NCBI GenBank assembly: GCA_043228905.1
Contig: JBHGNT010000022.1
Coordinates: forward strand, 930,001 to 994,000
Reading direction: 5' to 3'
Origin: Azolla caroliniana
Taxonomy: Eukaryota; Plantae; Polypodiophyta
DNA: 64,000 nucleotides
Shown: in pieces, positions 1-13,000 of the stretch
How positions within the stretch are numbered: position 1 is the stretch's first letter
How the letters are laid out: each line of letters begins with the position of its first letter
Position numbers and translations under genes: made by a program
The notes under the pieces: model-generated
What the model was told of the DNA's origin: nothing
Database searches by the model: none
The model's input: only the letters and a program-made list of their open reading frames with translations

Positions 1-353
1 GTTTGTGCCTTTTCTTGACGGATAGTTCTTAAAATGCGACATATTACCTGTTTCAAATGACCCGATGTTAAAAACCGAATCGTCCAAGTAAGGCAAAGTT
101 GAAAAGGGTAGAGTCGAAAAAGAAAGAGTCGAATCAACCAAATCGCCCAAATAGGCTAAGGTACCGAAAAGCGAGCCGAACCGGCCAAGGCACCAATCTC
201 TCTTTCAATCAATCCAAAAGAAGGGGAGGATAATTTGACATCTTCGAAATCCTATTGCAGGGGTGAGTTAGGATAATTTGACATCTATATGTCTCAACCG
301 GTAGGCTTCAAAGTGACAGGGGAGCAAGGTCACCTCATCTGCAAGTTGAAGAG
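1..353 (+). mobile_element. Degenerate Ty1/copia pol fragment (IN-RT linker joined to an RT piece)
   Basis: 285-350 reads IYMSQPVGFKVTGEQGHLICKLK (copia RT). 90-250 resembles the linker at ~2750-2950 on the opposite strand. Confidence 0.6.
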
Positions 354-1456
354 TGTAAAAAGTTAGATATAGAAGCTTATGAACGAATAGACAGTTGGTT
401 ATCCAGAAACTAAACAGAACAGTTCGTTAACACATAACACAAAATACAAAGGAGAGAGAGAGAGAGACTGAGTGAGAGTAGACAACAATAAATTCTATTA
501 AAGAACAAAAAAAGCTCCGTACATCACATAGTACTTATGTGCACTTTATATATACAAGCCCATCTCTTTGGGCCGTTAAGAAGTACTGACATGTACTTCA
601 ATGCTCTTAAAGGAGCATTTGACACTAATTGCCTACGTTGGACCTATTTAATAAAATAGTTCGACTCGGCACATGTTACGTTTTGGACGGTTTCCTTAGC
701 CGCTCGATCATCTGGTCAAGATCCATCATTCGGATCCAGTATTTGGGTCCGTTAGTCGATCTGGAACCCAGCCCGGAGCTTAGGCTTATCAGCCTAACTG
801 GGCCTAGTCAACCGGATGGATTCCGGTCTGGCCTACGTGCTTGTCCAACCGGTCCGGCCCATGTTGAGCTTGCTCGCTCAACACTTCCCCTCAAGCTCAA
901 CTTGAGGTCGGTCCATCATGTTAGATGTAGCCGGTCCTTGCTTCCGAGTCTTCCTAGCATCCTCTTTTCTAGCTCGAGCTCCATGTCTAATATGGTTCTG
1001 TGTCCCCTGACCCTTTAGGTTCAACGTATCTTGACTTGTTTGATTCCGCACACATCGACCCTTACGGTTGGATTGTCCACTCATCATGCCCTTCTCAACT
1101 CCCTCGTTTTCATGGCATTGGGACCCTTTGACCCGTCTGCTCCTTCATTTCGGTGTCGGCTTCCACTACCCTCTCGTCTACCTGGCCTTCATGTGATTCG
1201 ACTCTCCCAAATCAAACTCCTCGACCAAATCGGTTGTCTCTGATTCGTCTTGTGTCTTGTCTGAATCAACTGTCTCCGATTCACCTTCCTTTTGGCCTTT
1301 GACCACATCTACCCATGTCTTGTTCCTGGTCTTCTTCATCCGGTGGTCTTTGTCCATCTTGACTTTGTCGCTTCTTCCGCCTGTTTTGGACATTTCAACA
1401 TCTTTAGTCGATTCGGCCTCTTCTCCGGCTAGTGTCTTGCCTTCGTTCTCCTTGTA
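354..1456 (-). mobile_element. 3' end of a copia element related to element E: 3' LTR (354-883), PPT (884-895) and decayed Pol C-terminal extension
   Basis: The minus strand reads CTTGAGGGGAAG|TGTTGAGCG, as at the element E 3' LTR. Peptides KTWVDVVKG and PQVELEGKC* match E's KWSDVVRG and PQVELEGEC*. The LTR contains (CT)n and ends in CA at 354. Confidence 0.75.
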
Positions 1457-1653
1457 AGGATTATAACTTCCAAGGACAGAGATGAAGAGGTAAGAGATTA
1501 CAAACTAAATATTGGAATTAACATATAAACTTGTACATGTATTCTTTGATGAACTCGCCCACAAATATGTGGTATTGTAGTGATTTAAATACATCTAAAA
1601 TGTGAGGGTTGTAGTTGTAATAGTCACTCCTATTTTTAGATAATGCTTCCTAA

Positions 1654-4600
1654 CTAATTATTGGTGATCTTGACACATGACTGATTGTCACACCATAACC
1701 TAAATTTGGAAATTTGTAAAATATCTAATTCTTGGATTATCGATTGAAGCCAAAGACCTTCTTTAACTATAAGCGTGGCTGCGATATATACAGCTTCAGT
1801 AGAGGAGAGGGCAACAACAACTTGCTTTTTCGTACGCCATGCAATTGCTCCTCCTGCAAAAGTAAACAAAAAACTTGATGTGGAGTGAGAAGAATCAACA
1901 TCTCCTCCCCAATCTGCATCAATCCATCCTTGTAGTGGTGTTGACAACCATACTTGTATTTTGGAGTTGTCTGCCCCAAAGTATGCCTTATAAATGAGTA
2001 CCATATTTCGAGTGTACTTTAAGTATCGTAGTACTCGTTTGAGTGCAACCCAATGATTAAGACCTGGTTGTTCCATAAATCTTGAGAGAGAACCAATTGA
2101 AAATGACAAATTTGGTCTTGTGCAACTTCCAAGTACCGAAGGCTCCCTAATACTTGGTGATAGGGAGTATTCTTCATAACACATGCTTCTTCATCATTTT
2201 GAGTAGAGTCTCAAGATGATAGCTTACATGGTACGATGAGTGGTGTGGATATCGAAGAACATTCAGCCATGTCGAATTTATTCAAGATGTCGTCCACATA
2301 CTTTGCTTGTGAAAGTGATAGTATCCCTAGGCTCTGATTCCTCTCTACATGAATTCCAAGAAAATGCTCCAATGGCCCAAGATGCTTGACTGGAAAATGA
2401 TGTTGTAGCTCCTTGATCACCTCCAGTATCTCTTTTTCAGAAGTTCCTACTATGGGCAAGTCATCCACATAAACTCCTAATATGATGAATTATGATTTTG
2501 TCTTCCGTACATATAGATTTGGTTCAGAGTAAAGCCCTGTGAAGTTGGCATTGAGCAAGAACTTATGTAGCTTGGCATACCATTGTCTTGGAGATTGTTT
2601 TAATCCATACAATGGCTTGTGTAGAATGCATACATAGTCAGGATACTTTTCATTTTCCATCATTTTGGGTTGTTCCATGTAGATAGTTTCTTCTAAATCT
2701 CCATGAAGAAATGTTGTTTCGATATCTACATGATGCACTTCCAAATTGATGTCTGGCTTGCGACATGTTTGGTCATCCTCCCCTTACTCAGGATCAATTG
2801 ACTTAGAGATAGGCGACTTAGCCAACTGTACTCCGCTTTTCAACCCCTTTGCCTTTTTGGGTGTGGTGTTTGAATTTACTCTATCTCTTTCGATTCTATT
2901 GTTTTCGACTTCAAATTTCTCAGCTTTTCCTTTTTCCACTCTAGTCGATTCGGCTCTATCTAGGTTGATCAATTCTGTTAGACATGTCAATCTCTTAGTT
3001 ACATCTAATTCAATGTCAATTAGTGGGCCTCTTGCTTATTCGAATTCAACAAGAGAATTGTTGGCTTGGTCAATTTTGATTGTTTGTCAAATCTCCGATT
3101 CTTCCTAGTGGGTTGGTCCTTCTACGACATCTTTATCGATGTTGAAGGATACCTTTTTGCCTACTATTTTTTGTTGGTTCAGCCTAGAGAGAATCGAATC
3201 TTGATTGAAGACTATGTCACTACTTCGGATCAATTTCCGGTGTCATGAAGTTTCCGGCACATAGTGAGAAACCGGGAGATATTGGAGGGATCGGCGAGGT
3301 GCAACGTGTGCACCCATCCTTGTAAGTTTGTATAGGGAATAGGGGCGCCTTTATGGCGCCGAACGGAAATAAACTCGGGACAAGGAATCCCATGTATAAC
3401 GAGATTTATCCCACATATTCACGCGACCCTCACCTTGTTCTATAAAAGGGAGGGCGCGCCCTTTGTAAAGGGGTTCCCATATTTCTGTGGGTTCCATTAT
3501 GATGTAATATACTAAGTAGTTGTTCCTTTCGTTTCCATCGTATAGAGTATTTCTGCTTTTGCCTCCGCTTTGAGCGCTCCCATGTTAGTTAGGGTTTCTG
3601 TATTCTTTTTCTGTGTCTGCTCAGTCCTATCTTGATCTCTTTCTTTGTGTCTGTTAGGGTTCTATGTGTTCCTTTCGAGGGTCTCCTACTCTATTAAGGA
3701 TGTGAGTTCGTATGCGTATGTGTGTGTTCGTGGGTGTGGGTGTGGGTGTGAAGGTGTCTTTCACTATTGTTCGCGGTGAACTGTGCACTCGGTTTTCTGG
3801 TAGCAAGCTCCCCTCTCTGGCGTGCAAGACCCCGGATGAGACGGTGAGCTTGTGTGCTAACCGTAGGTGGCTTGGCGGCAGGAGGATGTCGTTCTAGAAG
3901 GGCGTGCCCTGCACGAGGATCTCGTCGTGCAAGCCAGCCCGAGACCCCCTGACCGTCCTGGGATGCAGGCTCCCTCTTTCCCTCAGGGCGGAACAGGCGT
4001 ATTGTACATGTATGTAGGTGTGCTTCGGGCTATCTTAGGTTCTGTATGTGTCTGTGTGCGTTGTAACCGGCATAGAGGTGCCGGTCGTAACCGGGTGTAT
4101 ATGTGTGAGTGCGTATGCGCGAGCGCGGTTAACCAGGTTGTGATCCGTGCCTATTTTGGGGCCCTTGTACATATGAACAAAAGGGCGGTGAAGATGAGCG
4201 TGCGCCTTCTCACTCCACAAACAGTGATCATCGAGCCTTTAGCAATACCCTCTCTCTTGGTCCATGACCCCGGTGGTCCCGCCAGGATCCGACATGCAAG
4301 CGCGGAGATCCGCGACACCGGTTCTCTGGGTCCCATAGTCGGTAGCTGAAGTCCCCATCATTTCCATAATCCAGAGATATGCACTTATTTTGCATGGGAT
4401 GCCAACTTGGTCCTTTTTCCCTTGGGGATGAATGCATAGGTTTTGCATCCGAATATGTGGAGCTTGTCATAGGTTGGCGTTTTGCCTGACCATAGTGCCT
4501 ATGGCACTTCAAGTTGCAGTGCCCTCGACGATGATAGATTTATTAAATAGACAGATGTCTGTAGTGCCCCAGCCCAAAAATTCAAGCTTTACCCCTTGTT

Positions 4601-5340
4601 TAGAGCATTGTCGTCATCCTCTCCTAGATGATTCGGTTGATTTGTTCCGCCATGCCATTTTGCATGGGTATGTAACGAACAATCTTTTGGTACTGAATCC
4701 CTTTGGTGGACAAGTATTCCCCTCTGTTGTCGTACCGGAGTGCCTTCAACTCGGTGTCCTGATCGGTTCTCTACTTTGGCTAACCACCAAGAGAAGACAT
4801 TGAGCGCTTCATCTTTCAACCTAATCGAGTAGACCCAGACCTTCCGTGTATAGTCATCTACGAATGTGATGAAGTATCGAGAGCCTTCTAGTGACCTTTC
4901 AGGCATAGGTCCACATATATCTGTGTGGACCAGTTCTAGAGGCTTGTGTATTGTATCATAGTGGAGAGAGTGCGGTCTTCGGGTTTGTTTCCCGTAACGA
5001 CAATGATCACAGAAGTTCGTCTTTAACTAGAATTTCGGGATGTAGCGGATCGCAATCAGCGGTCCAGTCTGTCTTGCGACATATTGCCGAGTCAACCATG
5101 CCATAGGTTGGAGTCCGGCGATTCGGCTATGTTCACGACCCCTTCTGGACTGATCACCATTAGTGGGAACAAGTTATTGTACTTGTTGTTGAAAATTAGA
5201 TCAGCCACAACCAATTATCACTGTGGCAGCCCACAGAAGACGAGGAGAAGGAGACTTTCCTGGCAGCCCTGCCCGAGCTCATGCGAACAACCCCTGCCAT
5301 GCTTAAGTTCAGGAGGCATACAGCAGACAACGTGATCGAT
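1654..5340 (-). mobile_element. Degenerate Ty1/copia pol (integrase, RT, RNase H), interrupted by a solo LTR at 3241-4317
   Basis: ORF pieces YFITFVDDYTRKVWVY (IN), FLHGDLEETIYMEQP and LYGLKQSPRQW (RT), DADWGGD, WRTKKQVVVALSSTEA and CDNQS (RNase H). Many stops, frameshifts and an internal deletion near 2745. Confidence 0.85.
3241..4317 (+). mobile_element. Solo LTR (1077 bp) of the gypsy-A-like lineage with 4-bp TSD CCGG
   Basis: Termini TGTCATGAAG...GCGACA resemble element A LTR ends. CCGG at 3237-3240 and 4318-4321. Removing the LTR and one CCGG restores host integrase YRLWDPENRKLIRSSDIVFN in frame. TATAAAA at ~3440. Confidence 0.85.
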
Positions 5341-5356
5341 CACATCCTTTGATTAG

Positions 5357-6008
5357 TGTGAAAGTGTTTTTAGAATTCAAGGTATTCAAGTCTACAAGAA
5401 TATAAGGTATGGTGCGTTCACATCCGGAGGGCAAGATCACGAGCTAAGGTTTAAGGATAAGTCAAACTAAAAGCAAGAAAGATGGAGAAAAGTAAAAGAA
5501 GAAAAAAGCAGGCACCAAAATGCAGTCTGCAATGAACGCTCATAACTCATTTGTTTGGAAGCCAAATATAATGTGTAAATATGGGTTGGAAAGCTTGTGA
5601 AGAGAGCTATCCCTAGCTTTTTAAATATCTAAATTTAGAGCTTGGACGAGGGAGATATGACGATTTGAAGATCTTTGTGTCATAGATAAGAATAGGACTC
5701 GATGAAAACTCTAAAAAAAGCATAAAAAAGAAAGCAAGGGAAGCTTATCTAGGGGAAGAGAACTTTATATAAAGGAAGAAGAGTAAGGTGGTAGGAGAGT
5801 CTCTTTCTTGTGATGTTTTCTTGCCTATTCACATAGTGTTAGTTGAGTTGTTATCAATTTATCCTTGTAGACTTGGATTTATGTATCTTCTTTCTCTCTT
5901 CCTTCCATCATAATTATTCATTAGCAATAGATCTTTGTGGTTTTGGGTCTTTTTATCTTCCTTATCTCTCCTTTCTATCATCTCTACCTCATCCATTAGA
6001 TAGTGAAC
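5357..6008 (+). mobile_element. Possible degenerate LTR
   Basis: TG...CA bounded non-coding block with a TATATAAA box (~5767) and a pyrimidine-rich 3' part. No partner or TSD found. Confidence 0.3.
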
Positions 6009-6029
6009 AAATGGGGGGTAGCGTGTCTA

Positions 6030-6260
6030 TGACCACCTTACAGCGAGCTATGATTCCGTCAGGCTGTCCAATGCACCATCTGTTTCAACCCAGGGCACTC
6101 AGCGGTCGAATGTAACATGCAGGCGCATTGCCCAATATGCGATTCTCGGGCACATACCATGGACCAATGCGAATACAACCTACTAAGTACTGGTAGACGG
6201 TCGGATGATCGATTCTGGCAAGCCAATCGGTACATGGAGGATGAGCGTCCCCGCTAAAAC
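6030..6260 (+). pseudogene. Gag fragment of the B/C gypsy lineage (tandem zinc knuckles)
   Basis: Reads FRQAVQCTICFNPGHSAVECNMQAHCPICDSRAHTMDQCEYNLL, homologous to element B gag. Confidence 0.75.
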
Positions 6261-7054
6261 GAACGATTCCGACATGACATTGACCGAAGAAGAATTGACC
6301 AAACACCCTTCTCCTCCACCACCAATCCAACTCTCGACTGGAGAGGAATACGAGGTCGACCAAATTCTCGGCTCTTGTCTCTTCCATCACCAACTTCAAT
6401 ACCTTGTCCTCTGGAAAGGGTACCCGATCTCCAAAGCAACATAGGAGCCGGCACAACATCTCAAGTATGCCCCGGATGTAGTTCAGGCATTTCATGATCG
6501 ATGTCCACAGAAACCCAGTGGGAGTTTTCAAGGGAACCCTTAAAGGGACAATAATGTCATATATATATATACGTCAAGTCAAGATGGGTTTCAAACCCAC
6601 GACTTTGTCTATGCAGTCAATTAGTAATATATGCAAGTCAAGATAGGTTTCGAACCCATGACTTTTGTCTATGTAGTCAATTAGTCTAGCTGATTGATCA
6701 AACATAGATCACGATATAAACGCCAATACATATAGGTTGAATATCTCTTTTTTATGTTCCAAAAAGTTCTAGAACTCTCTAGAAGCTCCTGCATGAAACA
6801 CCCTCTACTTGCATGCAGAACTCATGGAATTGTATAAATACAGGGGTTCACTGTGATCCCAATCAAGGGGAAACAATGAGAGTTACGGAATCAAATATTC
6901 AGCTTTATCTATCTTCTGCTTCTCGCTCATCTCTCAGTATTCTATCTTCTTCTTCTTACTCATCTCTCAGTATCCTATCGTCTGCCCTAGCTCTACTCTA
7001 CTTTGCTCTTGCCTAGCTCTGTTCTATTCTACCTTGCTCTACCCGTCTGTGACA
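6261..7054 (+). mobile_element. 3' end of a chromovirus (Tcn1-like gypsy): chromodomain, PPT and 3' LTR (6555-7054)
   Basis: PPPPIQLSTGEEYEVDQILGS...QYLVLWKGYPISKAT*EP chromodomain. Purine tract AAAGGGACAATAA precedes TGTCA. The LTR ends GTGACA. Confidence 0.8.
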
Positions 7055-7875
7055 ACTACCGGTTGGAGCATGGCAACATGGGATCCTTAGATCTCTTAAT
7101 TGTATAGTGTGCCCAAATGTAGTAGAGTCAATCCAACATGCTTTGTGGGACTGCCCAGAGACTTTTCCAATCAAACCGTGCAAGAAGCAGCTGTGTCATT
7201 GGAGGAGTTATGGAGTGAAGTTGTAGCCATCCTAAAGAGCCACTATGATGGAGTTGAAAGACAACAACTAGCCTTCATCCTACAATGGTCGTCCTCTCCC
7301 TTTCTTGAGTCAGTGGGCCTGTATATAAGATGAAACAATTGCATCGCTAGCATTCTCATATATCAAATTTTATAACTAATGGACGGAGTTTTTTTGGGGG
7401 GCAAGGGAAGGTTCAAAAGATGGGGTGTGGATGATCTTTTAGAGCTTTCGGGCGATGCTATGCATTATGTAATGATTGAGGAAGGGTTGGTGGAATCATA
7501 AAAGGATGAAGTGGGAAGATGCTAAGAGGAAAAATTTAGACTACTACATTGCAAATGTTAACCCTGAATGTTGATCTCAATATTATCATGATATGGCAAG
7601 ACTCAAACCCATGACCTTATGTTACATGGGTCGAGCTCTTGGCCATTAGATTATATGTTGTAATACAAAAAATATTATTTTCATTTAAGTTTTACTATAG
7701 AAAATTGATGTATATTCCAGATTTCTTTGGAACATTCTAGAAACTTTAGGACTACTCCTGAGAACACTATAAAAGGAGGCATAAGGCATTATTTCGAACC
7801 AAATCGGTTCAACGCCAATCTTAAGCCTCCTAGCCATCCTTGTATATTCTTTCACATAATATATCGTTGTCATCA

Positions 7876-7880
<5 letters not shown>

Positions 7881-7918
<38 letters not shown>
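7881..7918. repeat. (CT)n microsatellite inside LTR
   Basis: Direct read. Confidence 0.95.
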
Positions 7919-7920
<2 letters not shown>

Positions 7921-8007
7921 AGTGTTCTACACCCTCTTTTCCTTTTAATACTAATATTCTTCTCTTAGTACTAATTTCCTCTTTGTCTCAGTACTATTCC
8001 TGACAGT

Positions 8008-8019
8008 TTGAACCGATTT
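8008..8019 (+). promoter_or_regulatory. Self-priming primer-binding site complementary to LTR 7801-7812
   Basis: TTGAACCGATTT just after the LTR is the exact reverse complement of AAATCGGTTCAA, ~27 nt downstream of the TATA box. No TGG tRNA-type PBS. Confidence 0.6.
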
Positions 8020-8688
8020 CTCACCTCTTTCCTCCTCTTCCTTTTATCTTCTTAAGTTTCCCTCGTTTCATACTAATATTTTATTCCTCTTTCCTCTCAA
8101 CCTATGGCCACTGTTAGCGCTCAAGAATATCAATCCGTTTTCTCGGAACTGCAATGCTTGAAAGAGAAGTTTCTTGCTTTGGAACAAGAAAATCAACGGT
8201 TGTTGGGGGATCTTCAACAAATCTCCTTATAAAAGCAGCAGACGCAACAACATGGGGAACTAGTGTTACTTGTGCAACAACTCGAAGCAACCATAGTAGC
8301 GACGCAATAACAAGGACCCAATATCCAAGGGATTCATAAAGAACCCAAGTTTGGCCTTCCCATGAAATTTGATGGAACGCAATCGCAGTTTAGAGGATTC
8401 CTTAATTAGGTACGATTAGTCATTCAAATGCATCCTTCCCGATATCCCACCGAATGCATCACGAGTGGGTTTAGAAGGCACATTGTTAAGTGGCTCAGCT
8501 TTGGCATGGTTTGCTCAGTTGTTAGAAAAGGAATCTGCTTTACTAAAAAAATTTGAAGAGTTTTTAAGTGAGTTTAAAGCCTGTTTTGGAGATACTAACA
8601 GCATAAGGACAACAATCAACAAAATCCGAGGATTATGTCAAGGTGATCGTCCAACCTCCGCATACGCTGCAGATTTCCACCTACTCAT

Positions 8689-9120
8689 TGTCACAACACG
8701 TTGACATCAAATATGTAGTTAGTGAGGATTGAACCTAAAACGTCACATCTACAAGACATCATACCTAACCATTTCGATATGAGCAGAATATTCTAGAGCC
8801 TTTAATATATTAGATAGAAATATTCTATGGTGTATTCTAGTCGGGTATATTCTAGAGATATTTATTGGGTATATTCTACAAATATTTCTTAAGGTATATT
8901 CTAGAGATATTCAAATCTCAAAACTTGTATAAGTACTGATAACCTCCTTGGTCCCTTTCAAGGGATTCAACATCAATCATTGACACATCAATCTAGTATT
9001 CTCGTTTCGCCTCATCTTTGTCCTTGATCTTTATTTCTATCTTCATGCCCTCATGTCACTCACAACATCTAGAGTTCCTAGCCTCGTCACATCTAGCTCC
9101 AAGTTCATCCGTCACTCGTA
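8689..9120 (+). mobile_element. Degenerate chromovirus-type LTR inserted into the gag above (3' boundary uncertain)
   Basis: Starts TGTCACAAC like the element F LTR and has ATATTCTAGA repeats typical of the other chromoviral LTRs here. It interrupts gag abruptly. Confidence 0.5.
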
Positions 9121-10011
9121 GCCCCATCGAATCCCTTCCAACTGGAAGCACCACCTATCTTCATCATCGCCTTTGCTTCTAGAGTTACCATCATCGTCGT
9201 CCTTGCTTCCGGAATTACCGTCATAAACATCCTTTTCCTCAACGTAATCATTTTCAGCACCTCTTCGCCCAATCATCATCGTCATCAACACTATTTGTCA
9301 TCATTTTTAGGTATCATTTTGCATCATGGTTTTGGTGAGGAGTGCTTTCGATCGCTCACCTTCTCAGATCCGGTGGGGGTAACAACCGCTCACTTTCCTG
9401 GTGGGGATCAGATCATTGCTCGCATGCACTGCATTTTCATTATAGTTCAAGTCCCGCGCCACTTTCTGTTGGTTGTTGACCGGCAAAGACTTAAAAGCCG
9501 GATAAAGTCCAGAATGGGAAAGGGATAATTATTTTAGAACCAAAAGTTGTTATATATAATTATTATATTTTGAGAAGCGAACGGACGGACCCGGAATCAG
9601 TATGCCGATTCCGGATCCGGACCAGTTCGTGGCCGTTTGTCGGTTGGCACCGGTTCGTAACCCAGAGCCGGTGACCTATAAAAGGACCCGGTTAGATTGT
9701 AATCAGATAGCAATTTTTTAATGAAAGTGTTGTTGTTCTACATCTTGTTTAATCTTTGAAGCTTTAGTTAATTACCGTTCTATGCTTAATAGAATCTAAT
9801 TTACGCGTGTATTACGATCCTTAACCACGCCGGTTAGTAGCCGGTTAGGAATACGTTTGTATCACAGTCTACGCCTACCCCACTTGCACCACCCTTTGAT
9901 GAAGTGTCTTAGAGGGACACCTTGTGTTAGGGCTAGTCCTGCCCCAAAGAGTAACACAAGTTTTGGCGACCACGATTCCTGCTCAAGTGTAGTGAACAAT
10001 GGGGGGCATGG

Positions 10012-13000
10012 ATGACTACACCAACAAACGACCCAGTAACGGAGCGAGCGAGACAACACGGCGAAAGACTGCGGAAGCGCGAAGCGTACCACCAAGCGAC
10101 AGAAGAAATCTGCACAGATCGATCCTTTTCAAAGGTGATCCGGCGAGTGGCTGCAGAGTCACTCCATTTGCAACAAAATTCCCATCCAAAAGAAGGAAGT
10201 AGTTTAAGTAGTCTGAAGGAAGCGGAATCCATCTTGCAGGAATTAGCAGCGCAAGAAGGCGATTTGGAACCATTTTCGGCGTTTGAATCGGATTCGGACG
10301 GCGAGTACAGTGCACATTCGAATTACCGCAGCAGTCACAATACCCCGGATGGACCGGAGGACGAGGAATCAGATAATATACCGACACCGAAACCGACGAT
10401 AATAGAACTGGAAGCTTCAGGAAGGCACGAGGTGGATCAACCTCCGACACCGCCACGCGAGCCTCTGAAGGAGGAGGGAAGACCTTCGACGCCAAAAAAA
10501 GAGGAGGAAAAACTTCTGACACCGCCTCCAACCGAAGAGGAGAGACCTTCGTCACCACCAGCTTGAGTTCCGACACCGAACGACGATATGCCGTTCCAAT
10601 ATCCCAGGTACTGGGATGATCCGGACGCGGAAGCCCATGTGTATGCATTTCTACAAACATGGGAAGAAAACCATGTGTCGCAATGCTTAAACGCCGCCGA
10701 ATCAGAACGATCGAAGATTGTAGAGTTCGGCATGACTTTGGAAGGACCAGCCGCGCGATGGCGCTTGATGCAACTTCCCGGCACCATCACTACGTTTGAG
10801 GACTTGAAAACCAAATTTTTACAATTCTTCCACAAGGAGGTGGATCAACGAGAGATGGTCGGCCTATTGTACACCATACGGTAGGAACCTACGAAAACTA
10901 TTCAGCAATTCGTAATCCGGTTCTAGCGGATGCACAGCCAGCTAAGTCGGGTACCATTGGAAGCAGAGGCTAAAGCAATATTCCTAACAGCACTTCGGGA
11001 ACCCCTGCGTACGGTGTGCACAGTCATTGATTTCCGCACCAGCACGATCGACCAGGTCATAAACTAGGTCAAGGAGATGGAGAAAACAAGCTCGTGGCTA
11101 ACAATGGGGGCACTCCAGCATGCATTACCGACAGAAGACAACCTACGTTTTCGGCAAGCTATACAATGTATGACTTGTCTCAATGTCGGGCACTCTGCAA
11201 TAGAATGTACCATGCGGTCACAGTGTATGTTATGCCATTCCAGGTCGCACACAATGGACTGATGCGAATATAACTTATTGAACTGGCAAGCGGCACCGGT
11301 AAGATTAATCGATACCCGCAATGACCGTGAAGAGGAAGAAGAACATTGGCATCGAGACGAGCGTTACCGGCCAGTAAAGGATGTCCAGTACAGCGACAGA
11401 AGGGACACTTATGACCGGGACCGGTACGACAGGAACCGGGATTATAATGGTGATAGTTCTTATAGCAATCACTCTCCAAGTTACAACCAGAGGAGAGAGG
11501 ATCAACGCGAGGATTACGAAGATCGCCGCCGACAGGGATGCAAGAACCACCAACGTTTTAATAAGAAACGAAACACCCGAAAGGAGAAGTGTCATGAATT
11601 GGCGAAGGAATACCCACAAGAGCCGGAGAGAGGCTCTCGTGGCACCCAGCCAGAACAAAGACAAACGAAAGAGCCTAATCGACTGACAACAAGATTTCAA
11701 CCAAGTATCGGGCCAAAAGCAGAATCCAGCAATACCCGGAAAGCGTATTGTTATTATTGCCGACGGGAAGGCCATTACAGCAACCAATGCCCGGTGAAAA
11801 GTAACGAAAAACGACCGGCAATGAATATGGTGGTAGCAGAGGTCGCGGATATACAGCAAGTCACCACTAGGCCAAAAGGAAAGACGACGGAGTAGGAAGC
11901 ACAAGAGGTTTTCCGGAAACAGGCCACCGAATGGGTAGAAAAGGCAAATGAGCAGAATGCAGCCGAAGTCAAACAATAAAAGGAGGCACCAACGGATCTC
12001 ACCGACACAATACAGTTAGAAAACCCAACATGGCAGGCATTACAGGAATGTCAAATTACGTTACCATTAGGCTGGCTACTACAATTAGTACCCCAGTTCT
12101 TGGATGGGCTGAAATCGGCAATAACACCACCAGACTCGTCGCCGGCTCCGGCTTTCTTTTCCAACCCAAAGGAAGGGCCGGCGGTGGTAGACACAAGCAG
12201 TCCGGCAATCACTGCCATTGTCAAAGGACGCGAGCTACCAGGCACGATCGTCGACGGAGGATCGGGCGTCAATGTAATCAGCCTCCGTACTTGTGACACC
12301 CTAGGAATCCAAGAGAGGGGGCCTTGCCCGTTTTGGCTCCGAATGGCAGATACAAGTTCGGTAAAACCCACTAGTTTAATACGAGATCTGGAGGTAACAA
12401 TTGGAGGACATGCATTCCCCATTTCTGCGGTGGTTCTCTAGTTAAATACCCAAGGGGCTTACCCACTATTCCTTGGACGACCATGGTTGCGGACGGCACA
12501 CATTAAGCAAAACTAGCTACAGAACATGATTACGTTCCAACGAGGCAAAACCAAACTACGAGTACCGACACATTCACAAACCGGAACAGGCAAAGAGCTA
12601 ACACCGTTATACGCTGAAAGCGTTAATATGCTGGAAGGGCTCGCCGACGAGGAAGTCGACCAGTATCTCAAGGATAATCCAAAAATCGTACCCTTGTTCG
12701 AAATAGATTTGGCCGAAGCAATCCCTCCGTAGATTGCACAATCGGAAGATGCCGGAGAGGAACCGGATAGAGATGTCGTCAGAGAACTACGTCAAGTACA
12801 AGAGGCCCTAGAACGGGAAATGGCGGTATCTCAAAGGGTGAAGGCATCCCAGCTAGAAGAAGTAAACTTGGGAACTAGAGAGGAAGCACGACCAGTACAT
12901 ATTGCCAAAGAAATGTCACTGGAAAACAAAACGGCAATGATTACATTATTGAAATAATTCCGAGACGTATTTTCCTTGTCCTATGAGGATATGCGAGGGC

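Larger units (their letters stand above)
7556..8688 (+). mobile_element. 5' LTR (7556-8005) and truncated gag of a Tcn1/Tf1-like chromovirus
   Basis: TGTTA...TGACA LTR with TATAAAA at 7768. Gag from ATG 8104 includes LPMKFDGTQSQFRGFLN and GTLLSGSALAWFAQLLEK, with stops and frameshifts. Confidence 0.75.
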
